Shown here: piece after piece, positions 17,656 to 29,694 of the stretch
Position numbering within the stretch: position 1 is the first letter of the stretch
How the letters are laid out: each line of letters begins with the position of its first letter
NCBI GenBank assembly: GCA_903929485.1
Contig: CAIYUY010000211.1
Coordinates: 3,770-67,769 of the forward strand
Length of the DNA: 64,000 nucleotides
DNA from: an uncultured Desulfuromonadales bacterium
Lineage (GTDB): Bacteria > Desulfobacterota > Desulfuromonadia > Geobacterales > CAIOGM01
Direction of reading: 5' to 3'
Made by a program: the position numbers and the translations under genes
Notes under the pieces: generated by a model
Told to the model about the DNA's origin: nothing
Database searches by the model: none
What the model saw: only the letters and a program-made list of their open reading frames with translations

Positions 17656-18579
17656 ATGTCGCCTCCCCTACCCATAATTGAGAATAAAACCATTCAGAAC
17701 GGCGCACCATCCCCCCGTCTCAAACTGCTGCTGGACTCTCTCCACGCGAACCGCTCCCAAAATCACCTGGAAAACGACCCCCTCTCCCGAAGCCGGAGCT
17801 TCATTGGAACCGAGGATCAGGAGATCGCCGCACTTATCGCCTCGTCCTTTGCCTACGGGAACGTCAAGAGCATCCTCGGAAGCCTGGATGGTATCTTTCA
17901 GAAAATGGGGCCATCCCCCCGACGTTACGTGGAACAGTTCGACCCGGAAGAAGGGGTGCGACGCTTTGCCGGGTTCAGACACCGCTTTAACGATCACCGC
18001 GACCTCTGCGCCCTCCTCCTGGCGATCCGGATGATGATCCGGGAGGCGGGAAGCATTCAGGCATTTTTCTGCCGCGGCCACAATGCGGCGGCCCCCGACA
18101 TCACCGACACCCTGACCTCCTTCAGCGCCAGGGTGCTCGGTCTGGAGTATGGCCCGCTCTTCGGGGAGCAGGGAATTCCCCATGACTCCTACTTCCCCTT
18201 CCTGTTCCCCTCTCCCGCCTCGGGGAGCGCCTGCAAGCGTCTCTGCATGTTTCTCCGGTGGGTCGTACGGCCTGATGACGGCATCGACCTGGGGCTCTGG
18301 GACAGCATCTCACCGTCACAGCTGGTCATCCCGGTGGACCTGCATATCCGCCGGATCGCCCGTTCCCTTGCCCTCACGAAGAGAAACCAGGCAGACTGGA
18401 AAATGGCCCGCGAGATCACGGCCGGACTGAGGGAACTTGACCAGGACGACCCGGTAAAATATGATTTTTCACTCTGCCACCTGGGGATCTCGGAAGGATG
18501 CGACGGCAAAAGCAGGGAACCGTGCGGCGACTGCGCGGTGGCCCCCGTCTGCAACGGCCCCGACCGCCGGACAAAGTGA
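17656..18579 (+). CDS. TIGR02757/DUF2400-family protein
   Basis: 307 aa. DQEIAALIASSFAYGNVKSI and VIPVDLHIRRIAR resemble the family as I recall it. The C-terminal region is Cys-rich. Confidence 0.55.
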   Translation: MSPPLPIIENKTIQNGAPSPRLKLLLDSLHANRSQNHLENDPLSRSRSFIGTEDQEIAALIASSFAYGNVKSILGSLDGIFQKMGPSPRRYVEQFDPEEGVRRFAGFRHRFNDHRDLCALLLAIRMMIREAGSIQAFFCRGHNAAAPDITDTLTSFSARVLGLEYGPLFGEQGIPHDSYFPFLFPSPASGSACKRLCMFLRWVVRPDDGIDLGLWDSISPSQLVIPVDLHIRRIARSLALTKRNQADWKMAREITAGLRELDQDDPVKYDFSLCHLGISEGCDGKSREPCGDCAVAPVCNGPDRRTK

Positions 18580-18622
18580 ACGTTCACGCCATCAATAATC
18601 CAACACTTTGAGGAGAATACGG

Positions 18623-19489
18623 ATGAAACAGTACGGTTTTCTCGGTCTCGGCATCATGGGGACGGCAATGGCCACCAACTTGGTGAAGGGGGGGTATCCT
18701 GTCACGGTATGGAACCGCTCTCCCGGAAAAACGGAGGAACTGGCAGCCATGGGGGCCCGTGTGGCTCTATCTCCCGCTGCGGTAATGGCCCACTGCGACA
18801 TCACCTTCGCCATGCTCTCCGACCCGGCGGCAGCGCGGACGGTCTGTTTCGGTGACCAGGGAGTTCTTGGGGCGATGACGGCCGGCAAAGGGTATGTGGA
18901 CTTTTCCACCGTGGATGCGGCGACGAGCCTGGAGATCCGGACGGCGCTCATTGCCCGGGGAGGACGATTTTTGGAGGCTCCGGTTTCGGGGAGCAAGAAA
19001 CCGGCGGAAGATGGGAGCCTCATCATCCTCGCGGCCGGCGACCGCTCCCTCTACGATGAGGTTCTCCCCTGTCTGGAAAAGCTGGGAAAGAAGATCCTGC
19101 ACCTGGGCGCCGTGGGGAACGGCGCCAGGATGAAGATTGTGGTGAACCTGATCATGGGGGGGATGATGGCGGCGCTCTGCGAAGGGCTGGCCCTGGGAGA
19201 AAAAAGTCAGCTCAATCTGGTGGAAATCCTGGACGTGCTGGACGCGGGCGCCCTGGGTAACCCCCTGTTCCGTCTCAAGGGGGAAAACATCATAGCCGAC
19301 GCGTATCCCGCCGCCTTCCCGCTGAAGCATATGCAAAAAGATCTTCGCCTTGCCATCGATCTGGGAGACGAACTGATGCAACGGCTCCCTTGCACCGCGG
19401 CGGTGAATGAGCTTTTCAAGGGTGCCCGGCAGGCGGCTCTTGGCGAGGAAGACTTTTCCTCGCTGTTCAAGACATTACGCCGGCCATGA
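18623..19489 (+). CDS. NAD(P)-dependent oxidoreductase, 3-hydroxyisobutyrate dehydrogenase/GLYR family
   Basis: The start MKQYGFLGLGIMGTAMATNL carries the Rossmann GxGxxG motif. Also present are SGSKKPAEDGSL and GNGARMKIVVN. An RBS (gaggag) precedes the start. Confidence 0.8.
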   Translation: MKQYGFLGLGIMGTAMATNLVKGGYPVTVWNRSPGKTEELAAMGARVALSPAAVMAHCDITFAMLSDPAAARTVCFGDQGVLGAMTAGKGYVDFSTVDAATSLEIRTALIARGGRFLEAPVSGSKKPAEDGSLIILAAGDRSLYDEVLPCLEKLGKKILHLGAVGNGARMKIVVNLIMGGMMAALCEGLALGEKSQLNLVEILDVLDAGALGNPLFRLKGENIIADAYPAAFPLKHMQKDLRLAIDLGDELMQRLPCTAAVNELFKGARQAALGEEDFSSLFKTLRRP

Positions 19490-19570
19490 CTTTCGGGTTT
19501 CCTTCCTTGACAGAGTAACCCCTTTTTCTGTATAAACATCTCTTCATATCCGCCGCTTTTCGAGGAACAC

Positions 19571-19888
19571 ATGACCATTATCGCCAATCTGCTCCTTGCC
19601 TTCGCCAAAATAACCGACATCCTCCTGACTCTCTATACCTACATCATCATCGGCCGGGCCATCATCTCGTGGGTAAACCCCGACCCGTATAACCCCATCG
19701 TAAACTTTCTCTATCGCGCCACGGAACCGATTTTGCACCGGGTCCGTTCCCTGTTGCCGGATCTGGGAGGAATTGACCTTTCTCCCCTGGTCGTCCTTTT
19801 GGCAGTCCAGTTTCTGCAACGATTCATCGTCACCTCGGTCATTGGACTAGCCTGGTCCATGAAAACAGGCACGGGAGTATTCCCATGA
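19571..19888 (+). CDS. yggT: YggT family membrane protein
   Basis: 105 aa with YTYIIIGRAIISWVNPDPYNPIV.FL...TEPIL...R..LP..GGIDLSP. Confidence 0.85.
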   Translation: MTIIANLLLAFAKITDILLTLYTYIIIGRAIISWVNPDPYNPIVNFLYRATEPILHRVRSLLPDLGGIDLSPLVVLLAVQFLQRFIVTSVIGLAWSMKTGTGVFP

Positions 19889-20334
19889 ACATCACCCCGC
19901 TGGACATCCTGCAACAGCAATTCAAGGGACGGATCTTCGGAGGACTCGACCCTGACGAGGTTGACGGTTTTCTCCAACAGGTGAGCCAGGAAATGGAACA
20001 GCTCATCCGGGAAAACAACGACCTGAAGGAACAGAACCGAAAAGCGCTGACCGAACTGGAAGAGATGAATAGCCGGGAAAAAGCCCTTCGCGAGACCATG
20101 CTGGCGGCGCACCGGATCACCGAGGACATGAAGAGTAACGCTCAGAAAGAGGCGAACCTGATCATCACCGAGGCGGAGCTGCAAGGGGAGAAACTCCTCT
20201 CCACGGCAGAGGCGCGACTGGTGGAACTGCGCACCGAACTCCAGGAGTTGCGCCGCCAAAGACAGCAGTTCGAGGCGTCATTCAAGTCGCTCCTGGATTC
20301 CCACAGTAAGATGCTCTCCACAATCGATGAATGA
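19885..20334 (+). CDS. DivIVA domain-containing protein
   Basis: The N-terminal ITPLDILQQQFKGRIFGGLDPDEVDGFL is followed by coiled-coil sequence. It shares an ATGA overlap with yggT. Confidence 0.85.
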   Translation: MNITPLDILQQQFKGRIFGGLDPDEVDGFLQQVSQEMEQLIRENNDLKEQNRKALTELEEMNSREKALRETMLAAHRITEDMKSNAQKEANLIITEAELQGEKLLSTAEARLVELRTELQELRRQRQQFEASFKSLLDSHSKMLSTIDE

Positions 20335-20641
20335 AGCGGCGGAACGGATCTCCGTCAAGGAGGGAGATGGCGGCATCACCTTTGCCGTGCATGCCCAGCC
20401 ACGGGCATCCAAGTGCGGCATTACCGGCATCCTGAACGGAGCGATGAAGATCCGCCTCACCTCTCCCCCGGTGGACGGCGCGGCAAACGAGCAGTGCGTG
20501 GACTTTCTTGCTCAACTCCTCAAGGTTCGGCGACGGGACGTCACCATCATCACGGGTGAAAGTTCCCGCCACAAAGTCGTAAAAGTATCAGGAATCAACG
20601 CTCAACAACTTCAGGAACTGATCGCCGATAATCTGCCGTAA
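20327..20641 (+). CDS. DUF167 (YggU) family protein
   Basis: 104 aa with V.AQPRASK..I.G......K.RLTSPPVDGAAN......FLA..L.V.......I..G.SSR.K. Confidence 0.8.
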   Translation: MNEAAERISVKEGDGGITFAVHAQPRASKCGITGILNGAMKIRLTSPPVDGAANEQCVDFLAQLLKVRRRDVTIITGESSRHKVVKVSGINAQQLQELIADNLP

Positions 20642-20683
20642 CCACCCAATAACCACCGGAAGAAGAGTATGCGACATTTTCTC

Positions 20684-20712
20684 TTGACTCCCTTCCCGTT
20701 TGATGATAATTA
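20684..20712 (+). promoter_or_regulatory. Candidate sigma70 promoter of rpsT
   Basis: TTGACT at 20684-20689 with GATAAT/TAATTA 15-17 nt downstream. Confidence 0.35.
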
Positions 20713-20759
20713 CTACGCTTTCGTAACGAATACTTTTACCCCTACCTGGAGGTGCAGTT

Positions 20760-21023
20760 TTGGCAAATCATAAGTCGGCCATCAAGCGGATCAAACAGAA
20801 TCAGAAGAAAAACGAGCGCAACACCCATATCAAATCCACCCTCAAAACCTTCATCAAGCGGGTCAGGGAAGCAGCCGCGGCCAAAGACGCCACCGCCGCC
20901 AAGGAAGCTCTCACCGCGGCGATTCCCATCGTTGACGGTGCAGCCACCAAGGGTGTCATTCATCGCTCCACCGCGTCCCGCAATGTTTCCCGTCTCACCA
21001 AGCTCGTCAACTCCCTGGGCTAA
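20760..21023 (+). CDS. rpsT: 30S ribosomal protein S20
   Basis: 87 aa, [21 protein letters not shown]. The start codon is TTG, preceded by GGAGGTG. Confidence 0.92.
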   Translation: MANHKSAIKRIKQNQKKNERNTHIKSTLKTFIKRVREAAAAKDATAAKEALTAAIPIVDGAATKGVIHRSTASRNVSRLTKLVNSLG

Positions 21024-21056
21024 CTCCCGACGTTGCGATAGCTGCCCATTTTTGAA

Positions 21057-21085
21057 AGCCCCGCCGAAATCTCGGCGGGGCTTTT
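21057..21085 (+). terminator. Rho-independent terminator of rpsT
   Basis: Stem agccccgccga / tcggcggggct with loop aatc, followed by tttt. Confidence 0.85.
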
Positions 21086-21145
21086 GTCGTGGCCTGACAA
21101 CGGCGATGCAAGGGAGAAGCCACTTCCCTTGTAGGGCTTGAGCTG

Positions 21146-24100
21146 ATGAAGTTCATGCTGCTTGCACGTTCCGCCGTGAATCGGTATACTCCCGCCATGA
21201 GACTCTTCACCGGCAGGCGCATTCTCTTCATTCTTTTTTCGTTCCTGCTCCTGGCGGGAGGAGCGGCCCTGTATCTGCAACAACTCCTCCGGATGGACAC
21301 GTACAAGGAACAGATCGTTGCTGAACTGGGGTCCGCTCTGCATCGGGAAGTTTCCTACCGGACCGGCGACTTCACCCTTCGCTACGGCCCCTCATTTACC
21401 TTCACCGGGATTACCATCACCGAACGGGACGGCGTTTCCCGGTTCCTCCACGCCGACCGACTGACTCTGCGCATCGCCCTACTCCCTCTGCTGGAAAAAA
21501 AGATCATCATCAAGGAACTAGACCTGGACGCCCCCCACATCGCCATCACCCGTAACCGGGACGGCGCTTTTTCCCTCTCCGATCTGCTGGAGCAGCACCC
21601 TTCATCGCTCTCCCTCCAGATCCAAGGAGTCAAGGTGAGCCGGGGAACCATCGTCTTCACCGACCGGAAAGCCTCGGAGGAGGGGCTCACCCTGGTCCTC
21701 AGTAAGACGGATTTCATGCTTAACCGTCTTGCCCGGGGAAAGAAAGGGAACATCTCCTTCGCCGCCTTCCTGGGGGATGGGCAACAGTCACTGGGTTCGC
21801 TCTCCGTCAAGGGAAAGGTACGCCCCCCTCCCACCGGCGTCACCCTGGATCACTCCGATCTGGATCTGGAGATAACCACGGTGGGGCTGGACGCCGCCCC
21901 CTTCTGGCCCTACTACCGCAGCCATGTCCCGTTCAAAAAGATCCTGGGTCGACTCTCAACCCAGAGCAGCTTCAAGGGTGAAGTGACCCGATTCACGGCA
22001 AAGGGCTCTGTGAAGATCGACGGCGCCCGCCTGGACTACCAGCCGATTTTTCATGCGCTCCTGGAACCAAAGAACCTGGCCGCGACCTACACACTGGAAC
22101 TCTCCCCCGATCAGGTAAACGTCTCATCCCTGGACGCCACCCTGGACGGCGTCCGTATCAAGGGAAGTTGCGCCATCCGCGACCTCGCCACGGGGGATCC
22201 CCGCATCATCGCCAAGGCAACCTCCACCCTTATCCCCCTGGAGAAGTTCTCGAGGTACATCCCCTATGGGGTTATCGTCCGGGAGCCATCTGAATTTATC
22301 GAACAAAAGATCAAGGGGGGGAGTGTACGGATCAATGACGGCACACTGCTGAACGGCAAGATCAGCCAGATTCTTGCCATGGAAAAGGGGACCAACTACA
22401 ATATTCTGGCAGTCCGGGGAACCATCGAGAAGGGAATCGTGGAGTGGGGAAGCAAAGTCCCCCGGTTCACGGAACTCAAGGGAGAGCTGGAACTTGCCGG
22501 CAAAGATTTCAACCTGAAAAAAATAACGGGGCGTTTCGGCGCCTCTCCCTTCACCCTGGATGGCGCCCTCAGGGATTATCCCGTGGAAAGCCCCACCCTC
22601 TACCATTTCATCATGGCCATGACTCCCTCTTCCACGGAGGCGGCTTGGCTGTTCAAGCTCGGGAAAGAGGGTCAGGCAGGAGTGAACGGCGCAAGTACGC
22701 TGCTGTTGGCTGGAGACGGCCCTACGAACAACTATACTATCTCCGGTTCATGGGATCTCAGCCAGGCAGCCTACACGATTCCCGGCATCCTGACCAAGCC
22801 GGCCGGCATGGTCAACTCGGCATCATTCAAGGTGGAGTTCACCCCTGACCGGACGACGCTCAAGGAGGCGCAGTACCGCCTCCCACCACTATCGGCCAAA
22901 GCCTCGGCGGAGTATCGTTACAACGGGGATGAAGAAGTCAGCTTTACCTTGGCAACCAACCAGTTTTCCCTGGCAAACCTGGCGCCGCTGGCGCCGCGGA
23001 TCAGCAGATACCAGCCACGGGGAAACGTGCAGCTATCCCTGCACGGCACCCGGCCAACCTCCACGGCCGGCCAGATATCCGTCTCCGGAACCGTCGCCCT
23101 TGCCGCCGCGTCGTTCCTTCCCTGGGAAGGGATGAAACCGCTGACCGAGCTTAACGGCGCCGTGACCTTCACCGGCTCGCGGCTGGAAACATCCCTCATC
23201 TCGGCCAAGCTGGGAACAACCCTCCTCTACGGCAAGGGAACCCTGGCGAACTTCGCCAAACCGATCGTAAACATCGCCTTTTCTTCACCGCTGGTGGACC
23301 CGGCCGACCTGGGACTGAAGAGCTCCGACAGGGCATTCCGTCCCAGTCGGGTGCAGGGAAGCATCACTCTCCAGGAGCAATCCATGCGCATTGCTTCTTT
23401 TTCCACACAAATAAATAATACTCATCTTTCCGTGACCGGAACGATCCAGGATCTGCGCCATCCCCGCGCCGATCTGGCGATCACCTCTCCCCATCTGGAA
23501 TTGGACGACATTCTGACCCTGGCGGCATTGGAACGGGAAAAGCCCCTCGCGGGGGGGGGTGATAAACCTCTCCTGAGAGCATCCCTGAAAGCGGAATCGG
23601 GAAAATTCAAAGAGGTATCTTTCGACAAACTTACCACCGACATCATCTACGAGGACGGCATTCTCTACCTGCAACCCATTGAATTCCAGACGATGGGAGG
23701 AACTATTACCTCCAAGGTCCGGGTAGATACGGCTGCCGGTCGAGCGGCGCGCTATCAAGTCAATTACGAGCTGCGGCGAATCTCATCCCAGGCATTACTG
23801 AAGGCTCTGGGGGTTAAAAAACAGGAACTATGGGGAACCTTGTCAGCCCAGGGTGAGCTCAACGCCCGGGGGGGAGCTTGGGATGACGTAAAAAAATCAC
23901 TACTGGGATCGCTCTCCTTCCATATCGACAACGGCTCCATCAGACGGTTCGCCTCCCTGGCCAAGATTTTCTCCATACTCAATGTCTCCCAGTTGCTCAA
24001 GATGCACCTGCCCGAAATGACCACCGGCGGCATGCCGTTCAGTGAGATAACCGGCGCCGTTGCGATCAAGGATGGCGTCTTCTCATCCTCCGATCTGTTC

Positions 24101-24424
24101 GTAAAGAGCGAGGCCATGAATATCTCGGCGGTGGGATCGTTGAATCTCCCCCGGGACACTCTTAATGTCATCGTGGGGATCCAACCGCTCCAGGCGGTGG
24201 ATAAGGTCGTCAACCGGATACCCATTGTCGGCTGGATACTCACCGGCAAGGACAAGTCATGGATCACCTCATATTTCGAGATCACCGGTACTATCGACGA
24301 TCCACGGGTCTCGGTAAAAACCGTCTCGTCCATGGCCACGGGAGTGGTCAATATCTTCAAACGACTCTTTCAGCTCCCCGCGAAACTCTTCACCGACACC
24401 GGGGCGGTCATCCTGGGTCAATAG
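21146..24424 (+). CDS. AsmA-family large envelope protein (YhdP/TamB-like)
   Basis: 1092 aa with an N-terminal TM anchor (ILFILFSFLLLAGGAALYL) and long beta-rich sequence. The C-terminal region resembles the AsmA C-terminus. The start codon is uncertain (21146, 21155 or 21197). Confidence 0.7.
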   Translation: MKFMLLARSAVNRYTPAMRLFTGRRILFILFSFLLLAGGAALYLQQLLRMDTYKEQIVAELGSALHREVSYRTGDFTLRYGPSFTFTGITITERDGVSRFLHADRLTLRIALLPLLEKKIIIKELDLDAPHIAITRNRDGAFSLSDLLEQHPSSLSLQIQGVKVSRGTIVFTDRKASEEGLTLVLSKTDFMLNRLARGKKGNISFAAFLGDGQQSLGSLSVKGKVRPPPTGVTLDHSDLDLEITTVGLDAAPFWPYYRSHVPFKKILGRLSTQSSFKGEVTRFTAKGSVKIDGARLDYQPIFHALLEPKNLAATYTLELSPDQVNVSSLDATLDGVRIKGSCAIRDLATGDPRIIAKATSTLIPLEKFSRYIPYGVIVREPSEFIEQKIKGGSVRINDGTLLNGKISQILAMEKGTNYNILAVRGTIEKGIVEWGSKVPRFTELKGELELAGKDFNLKKITGRFGASPFTLDGALRDYPVESPTLYHFIMAMTPSSTEAAWLFKLGKEGQAGVNGASTLLLAGDGPTNNYTISGSWDLSQAAYTIPGILTKPAGMVNSASFKVEFTPDRTTLKEAQYRLPPLSAKASAEYRYNGDEEVSFTLATNQFSLANLAPLAPRISRYQPRGNVQLSLHGTRPTSTAGQISVSGTVALAAASFLPWEGMKPLTELNGAVTFTGSRLETSLISAKLGTTLLYGKGTLANFAKPIVNIAFSSPLVDPADLGLKSSDRAFRPSRVQGSITLQEQSMRIASFSTQINNTHLSVTGTIQDLRHPRADLAITSPHLELDDILTLAALEREKPLAGGGDKPLLRASLKAESGKFKEVSFDKLTTDIIYEDGILYLQPIEFQTMGGTITSKVRVDTAAGRAARYQVNYELRRISSQALLKALGVKKQELWGTLSAQGELNARGGAWDDVKKSLLGSLSFHIDNGSIRRFASLAKIFSILNVSQLLKMHLPEMTTGGMPFSEITGAVAIKDGVFSSSDLFVKSEAMNISAVGSLNLPRDTLNVIVGIQPLQAVDKVVNRIPIVGWILTGKDKSWITSYFEITGTIDDPRVSVKTVSSMATGVVNIFKRLFQLPAKLFTDTGAVILGQ

Positions 24425-24507
24425 TTTTTTTATTGATTTTTGATGCGGAAATGGGGTATAAGGGGATGTTTTTCGTCACAGTCACACAATCAACAGGGAG
24501 GATACAC

Positions 24508-24927
24508 GTGAAAAAGACATTATTTGTGCTGTTTTTATGCCTGGCGGTAACCGGAGCCGGCTGCAAGAAAAAGGAAGAGGCACCCAAGATGCCCCCCGCA
24601 TCGGCCGGAAAACCCGGCATGCCCGCGGACGGCGCCCATGCCGGTGACCCCCATGCCGGCCTGAAGCCCATGGAAGTTCCCAGCGCCTCAAACAACCACA
24701 AGGGGACGGTCCTTGAGACCATGAACGCCGCCGGTTACACCTACATTCAGGTTGACGAGAAAGGTCAAAAACTCTGGGTTGCCGTCATGGAGACCAAGGT
24801 CAAGGTTGGCGAGAGCGTGGAGTTCCCCGATTCTCCCCCCATGGTCAACTTCCAGAGCAAGAGCCTCAACCGGACTTTCGACAAGATCATCTTCGCACCG
24901 GGCATCAAGATCGAAGGCGCGAAATAA
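24508..24927 (+). CDS. Hypothetical lipoprotein
   Basis: The GTG start is preceded by GGGAGGA. The signal peptide with lipobox is KKTLFVLFLCLAVTGAGC. The sequence continues with HAGDPHAG and then a compact C-terminal domain. The upstream part of the tracked ORF overlaps the asmA-like gene and is not used. Confidence 0.6.
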   Translation: MKKTLFVLFLCLAVTGAGCKKKEEAPKMPPASAGKPGMPADGAHAGDPHAGLKPMEVPSASNNHKGTVLETMNAAGYTYIQVDEKGQKLWVAVMETKVKVGESVEFPDSPPMVNFQSKSLNRTFDKIIFAPGIKIEGAK

Positions 24928-24950
24928 GAGAACCTGGTTTAGCTGAAAAA

Positions 24951-24983
24951 GGCGCTGTCCCCCTGGGGCAGCGCCTTTTTTTT
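24951..24983 (+). terminator. Rho-independent terminator
   Basis: ggcgctgtcccc / ggggcagcgcc stem followed by an 8-T run. Confidence 0.8.
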
Positions 24984-25032
24984 GAAACCGAATCGGCGCG
25001 CGGGCCGGTTTGCAAAGATGCCACGGGTATGA

Positions 25033-27356
<2,324 letters not shown>

Positions 27357-27383
27357 TTCCCGGCAACGACTGACGTCCGAAAA

Positions 27384-27797
27384 TCATTCCTTCCTGGAGT
27401 CCCGATGACGACGTTTTTTTTGCGGCGTTATGTTGCGCCAGAACCGTCTCGTCTCCCCCAGCAGGGAAAGGGCCGGGGGATAACCTCCCGATTCATGGCC
27501 AGAAAGCCTACCGCGCCCCCCCAGTAGAGCAAGAAAGAGGCAGACAACCGCCATGGCCACCAGGTTGAGGGGGGCTTGGCGCCATTCAACAAGGGCAGAG
27601 AGCAGGAGGGTAAGCAGATAGGCGCCCGCCATGAGCGCCAAAAACAGGGCATTTTTTCCACCCCACCACCGGATAAACCCCTCGGTGGACTTGTTCCGAG
27701 CGTTGAGCAGGTAGTAGTAACGGCCTGTGTACAGATCAAAACCCAGATATATGGTCAGAAGCAGGGTTGTCAAAGAAATCAACAAGAGTGCCGTCAT
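27384..27797 (-). CDS. Hypothetical membrane protein
   Basis: The ATG at 27797 is preceded by AAGGAG. I see about four hydrophobic segments and recognise no family. Confidence 0.5.
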   Translation of the reverse strand: MTALLLISLTTLLLTIYLGFDLYTGRYYYLLNARNKSTEGFIRWWGGKNALFLALMAGAYLLTLLLSALVEWRQAPLNLVAMAVVCLFLALLGGRGRLSGHESGGYPPALSLLGETRRFWRNITPQKKRRHRDSRKE

Positions 27798-28048
27798 GTA
27801 GGCTCCTTCATCGTATTGAGAGCAAAATAGCATATCTAATAAACCAAATCATTAAGAAAATCGTAAGAACCCAGATCTGCTGAAAAAATTAATCTTACAG
27901 TCAAGCAGGATGATGGATTATGAGTTGATTAAAACCATATAAGTGCTTTATAACTGTTATCCTGAAATCCCATAACAGGTAAATAATCGCGCGGGAATCG
28001 ACGCCGCCCCCCCCGCAGCAGGTACTCCACACGAGAGAAGGAACGACA

Positions 28049-28696
28049 ATGACTGAAAAACCGCGAAAACCGATAAAGAATAACAGTACCTGGGTGCTGC
28101 TGAATTCAGATCTTTCCCGACTGCTCATCGGGATCGTCCTTATCGCCGTAGTCGGCACCATGCTGGTGCAATGGTACCAGGACAGGAATCTGGAGAAACA
28201 GCGACAATTCGAGGTAATGAAACGAAGGTTGGATGAAGGGCAGAACTTCATCGAGGAGTTGTCCGAAGTGATGAACCTTCGGGTGGCGCAGTTGCGACAC
28301 GTGGAAGGTCTCCTCTACTCGGATAACAAGGAATCCCGCCAGGAAGCCTTGTCGCTCTGGCGCGAAGCATCCGAGAGTCGACAACGGTGGAACGTGAAAT
28401 TGGGGGTCTACCAAAGCAAGGCCATGCGCCTGATCTCACCGGGAATCGGGGCAAAACTCAACAACTACGAAACAGATAATGTGGCTATTACCAACCCGAC
28501 CAGCATCCATGGCTTTTTTTTCGTCAGCAATCGAGCGTTTACCGAGGTAATCCGGTGCCTTAAAGAGCCGGCATGCCAGCCTTCCGAAGCGGAGCTCAAG
28601 GAAGTTCATGAAAGTCTGAACCACCTGGATAATGCCGTTGACGCATTCATCGATGAGGCGTCAAGCGTGCTTCTGGATGCAAAGAAGACGGAGTGA
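28049..28696 (+). CDS. Hypothetical membrane-anchored protein
   Basis: 215 aa with one N-terminal TM segment (LLIGIVLIAVVGTMLV) followed by helical, charged sequence. I recognise no family. Confidence 0.5.
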   Translation: MTEKPRKPIKNNSTWVLLNSDLSRLLIGIVLIAVVGTMLVQWYQDRNLEKQRQFEVMKRRLDEGQNFIEELSEVMNLRVAQLRHVEGLLYSDNKESRQEALSLWREASESRQRWNVKLGVYQSKAMRLISPGIGAKLNNYETDNVAITNPTSIHGFFFVSNRAFTEVIRCLKEPACQPSEAELKEVHESLNHLDNAVDAFIDEASSVLLDAKKTE

Positions 28697-28758
28697 CTCC
28701 TGCTCCTTTGGGAGTCAGCTTGCACCATTTTTCATCCTAGCCATCAGCAGGAGCATCC

Positions 28759-29634
28759 ATGCGGATCATCGACTCAATAACTCCCCGGAAACCGTTCATC
28801 TCCCTGGAATTTTTCCCTCCCAAGGAGCGGGCGGAATGGCCGGCTTTTTTCCGAACCGTTGACAGGCTTGCCGGAACAGACCCACTCTTCGCGTCGGTCA
28901 CCTACGGCGCGGGGGGGAGCAGCCACGACAACACCCTGGAAATCGTCTCCCGCCTCAAACGGGATCACGGCATGGAGAGCATGGCTCACCTCACCTGCAT
29001 CGGCTCGGAATGTGACGAAGTTCAGCGGTTTCTAGACGATCTGACCCGTGAAGGGGTAACCAATGTCCTGGCGCTCCGGGGCGACCTCCCCCAGGAGAGC
29101 ATGCACGATACCCTCCCCTGCCGCCCCCTGCGGCACGCCTCCGACCTGGTGTCGCTCATCCGCTCCAGCCACCCGGAGATGGGAATCGGTGTCGCCGGCT
29201 ACCCGGAAACCCATCCGGAGGCGACAAGCCCGGAAGCCGACCTCCTGACGCTCCGGCTCAAACTGGAGCAGGGGGCCGACTTTGTGGTAACCCAGCTTTT
29301 TTTCGACAACACCCATTATTTGGAATTAGTCCGGAGAGCTCGCGCCCTGGGGATCACCAAACCGATCATCCCCGGCATCCTCCCCGTGGTGAACCTCAAG
29401 GTAATCAACCGGATCATCTCCCTCTGCGGCGCCGCCGTCCCTCCGCTCTACATGGCGGAACTGGAAGAAGCAGACCGCTCCGGTGGCGCGGCGGCGGTAC
29501 AGCGGGTGGGAGTAGCTTATGCCCGCCGACAGGCCGAGGAGCTCCTTGCCTCCGGTGCACCCGGTATCCACCTCTACACCCTCAATCGAGCCGACGCAGT
29601 GTTGGGGATCGTGGACGGACTGCTGCCCGCATGA
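28759..29634 (+). CDS. metF: Methylenetetrahydrofolate reductase
   Basis: 291 aa with SLEFFPPK, TYGAGGS, HLTC, NVLALRGD and VAGYPE.HP. Confidence 0.9.
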   Translation: MRIIDSITPRKPFISLEFFPPKERAEWPAFFRTVDRLAGTDPLFASVTYGAGGSSHDNTLEIVSRLKRDHGMESMAHLTCIGSECDEVQRFLDDLTREGVTNVLALRGDLPQESMHDTLPCRPLRHASDLVSLIRSSHPEMGIGVAGYPETHPEATSPEADLLTLRLKLEQGADFVVTQLFFDNTHYLELVRRARALGITKPIIPGILPVVNLKVINRIISLCGAAVPPLYMAELEEADRSGGAAAVQRVGVAYARRQAEELLASGAPGIHLYTLNRADAVLGIVDGLLPA

Positions 29635-29639
29635 CAAAC

Positions 29640-29667
29640 GTAGGGGCACGGCGCGCCGTGCCCCTAC
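29640..29667. promoter_or_regulatory. Perfect 28-bp palindrome between metF and metH
   Basis: gtaggggcacggcg/cgccgtgcccctac. No T-run follows it. Confidence 0.6.
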
Positions 29668-29694
29668 AGGCATAACCACATCAAGGAGTCCTTC

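Noticed and set aside
24259-24507. Upstream extension of the lipoprotein ORF into the asmA-like gene.
   Set aside because: It overlaps the supported 1092-aa gene. A GTG at 24508 with an RBS gives a canonical lipoprotein signal peptide.
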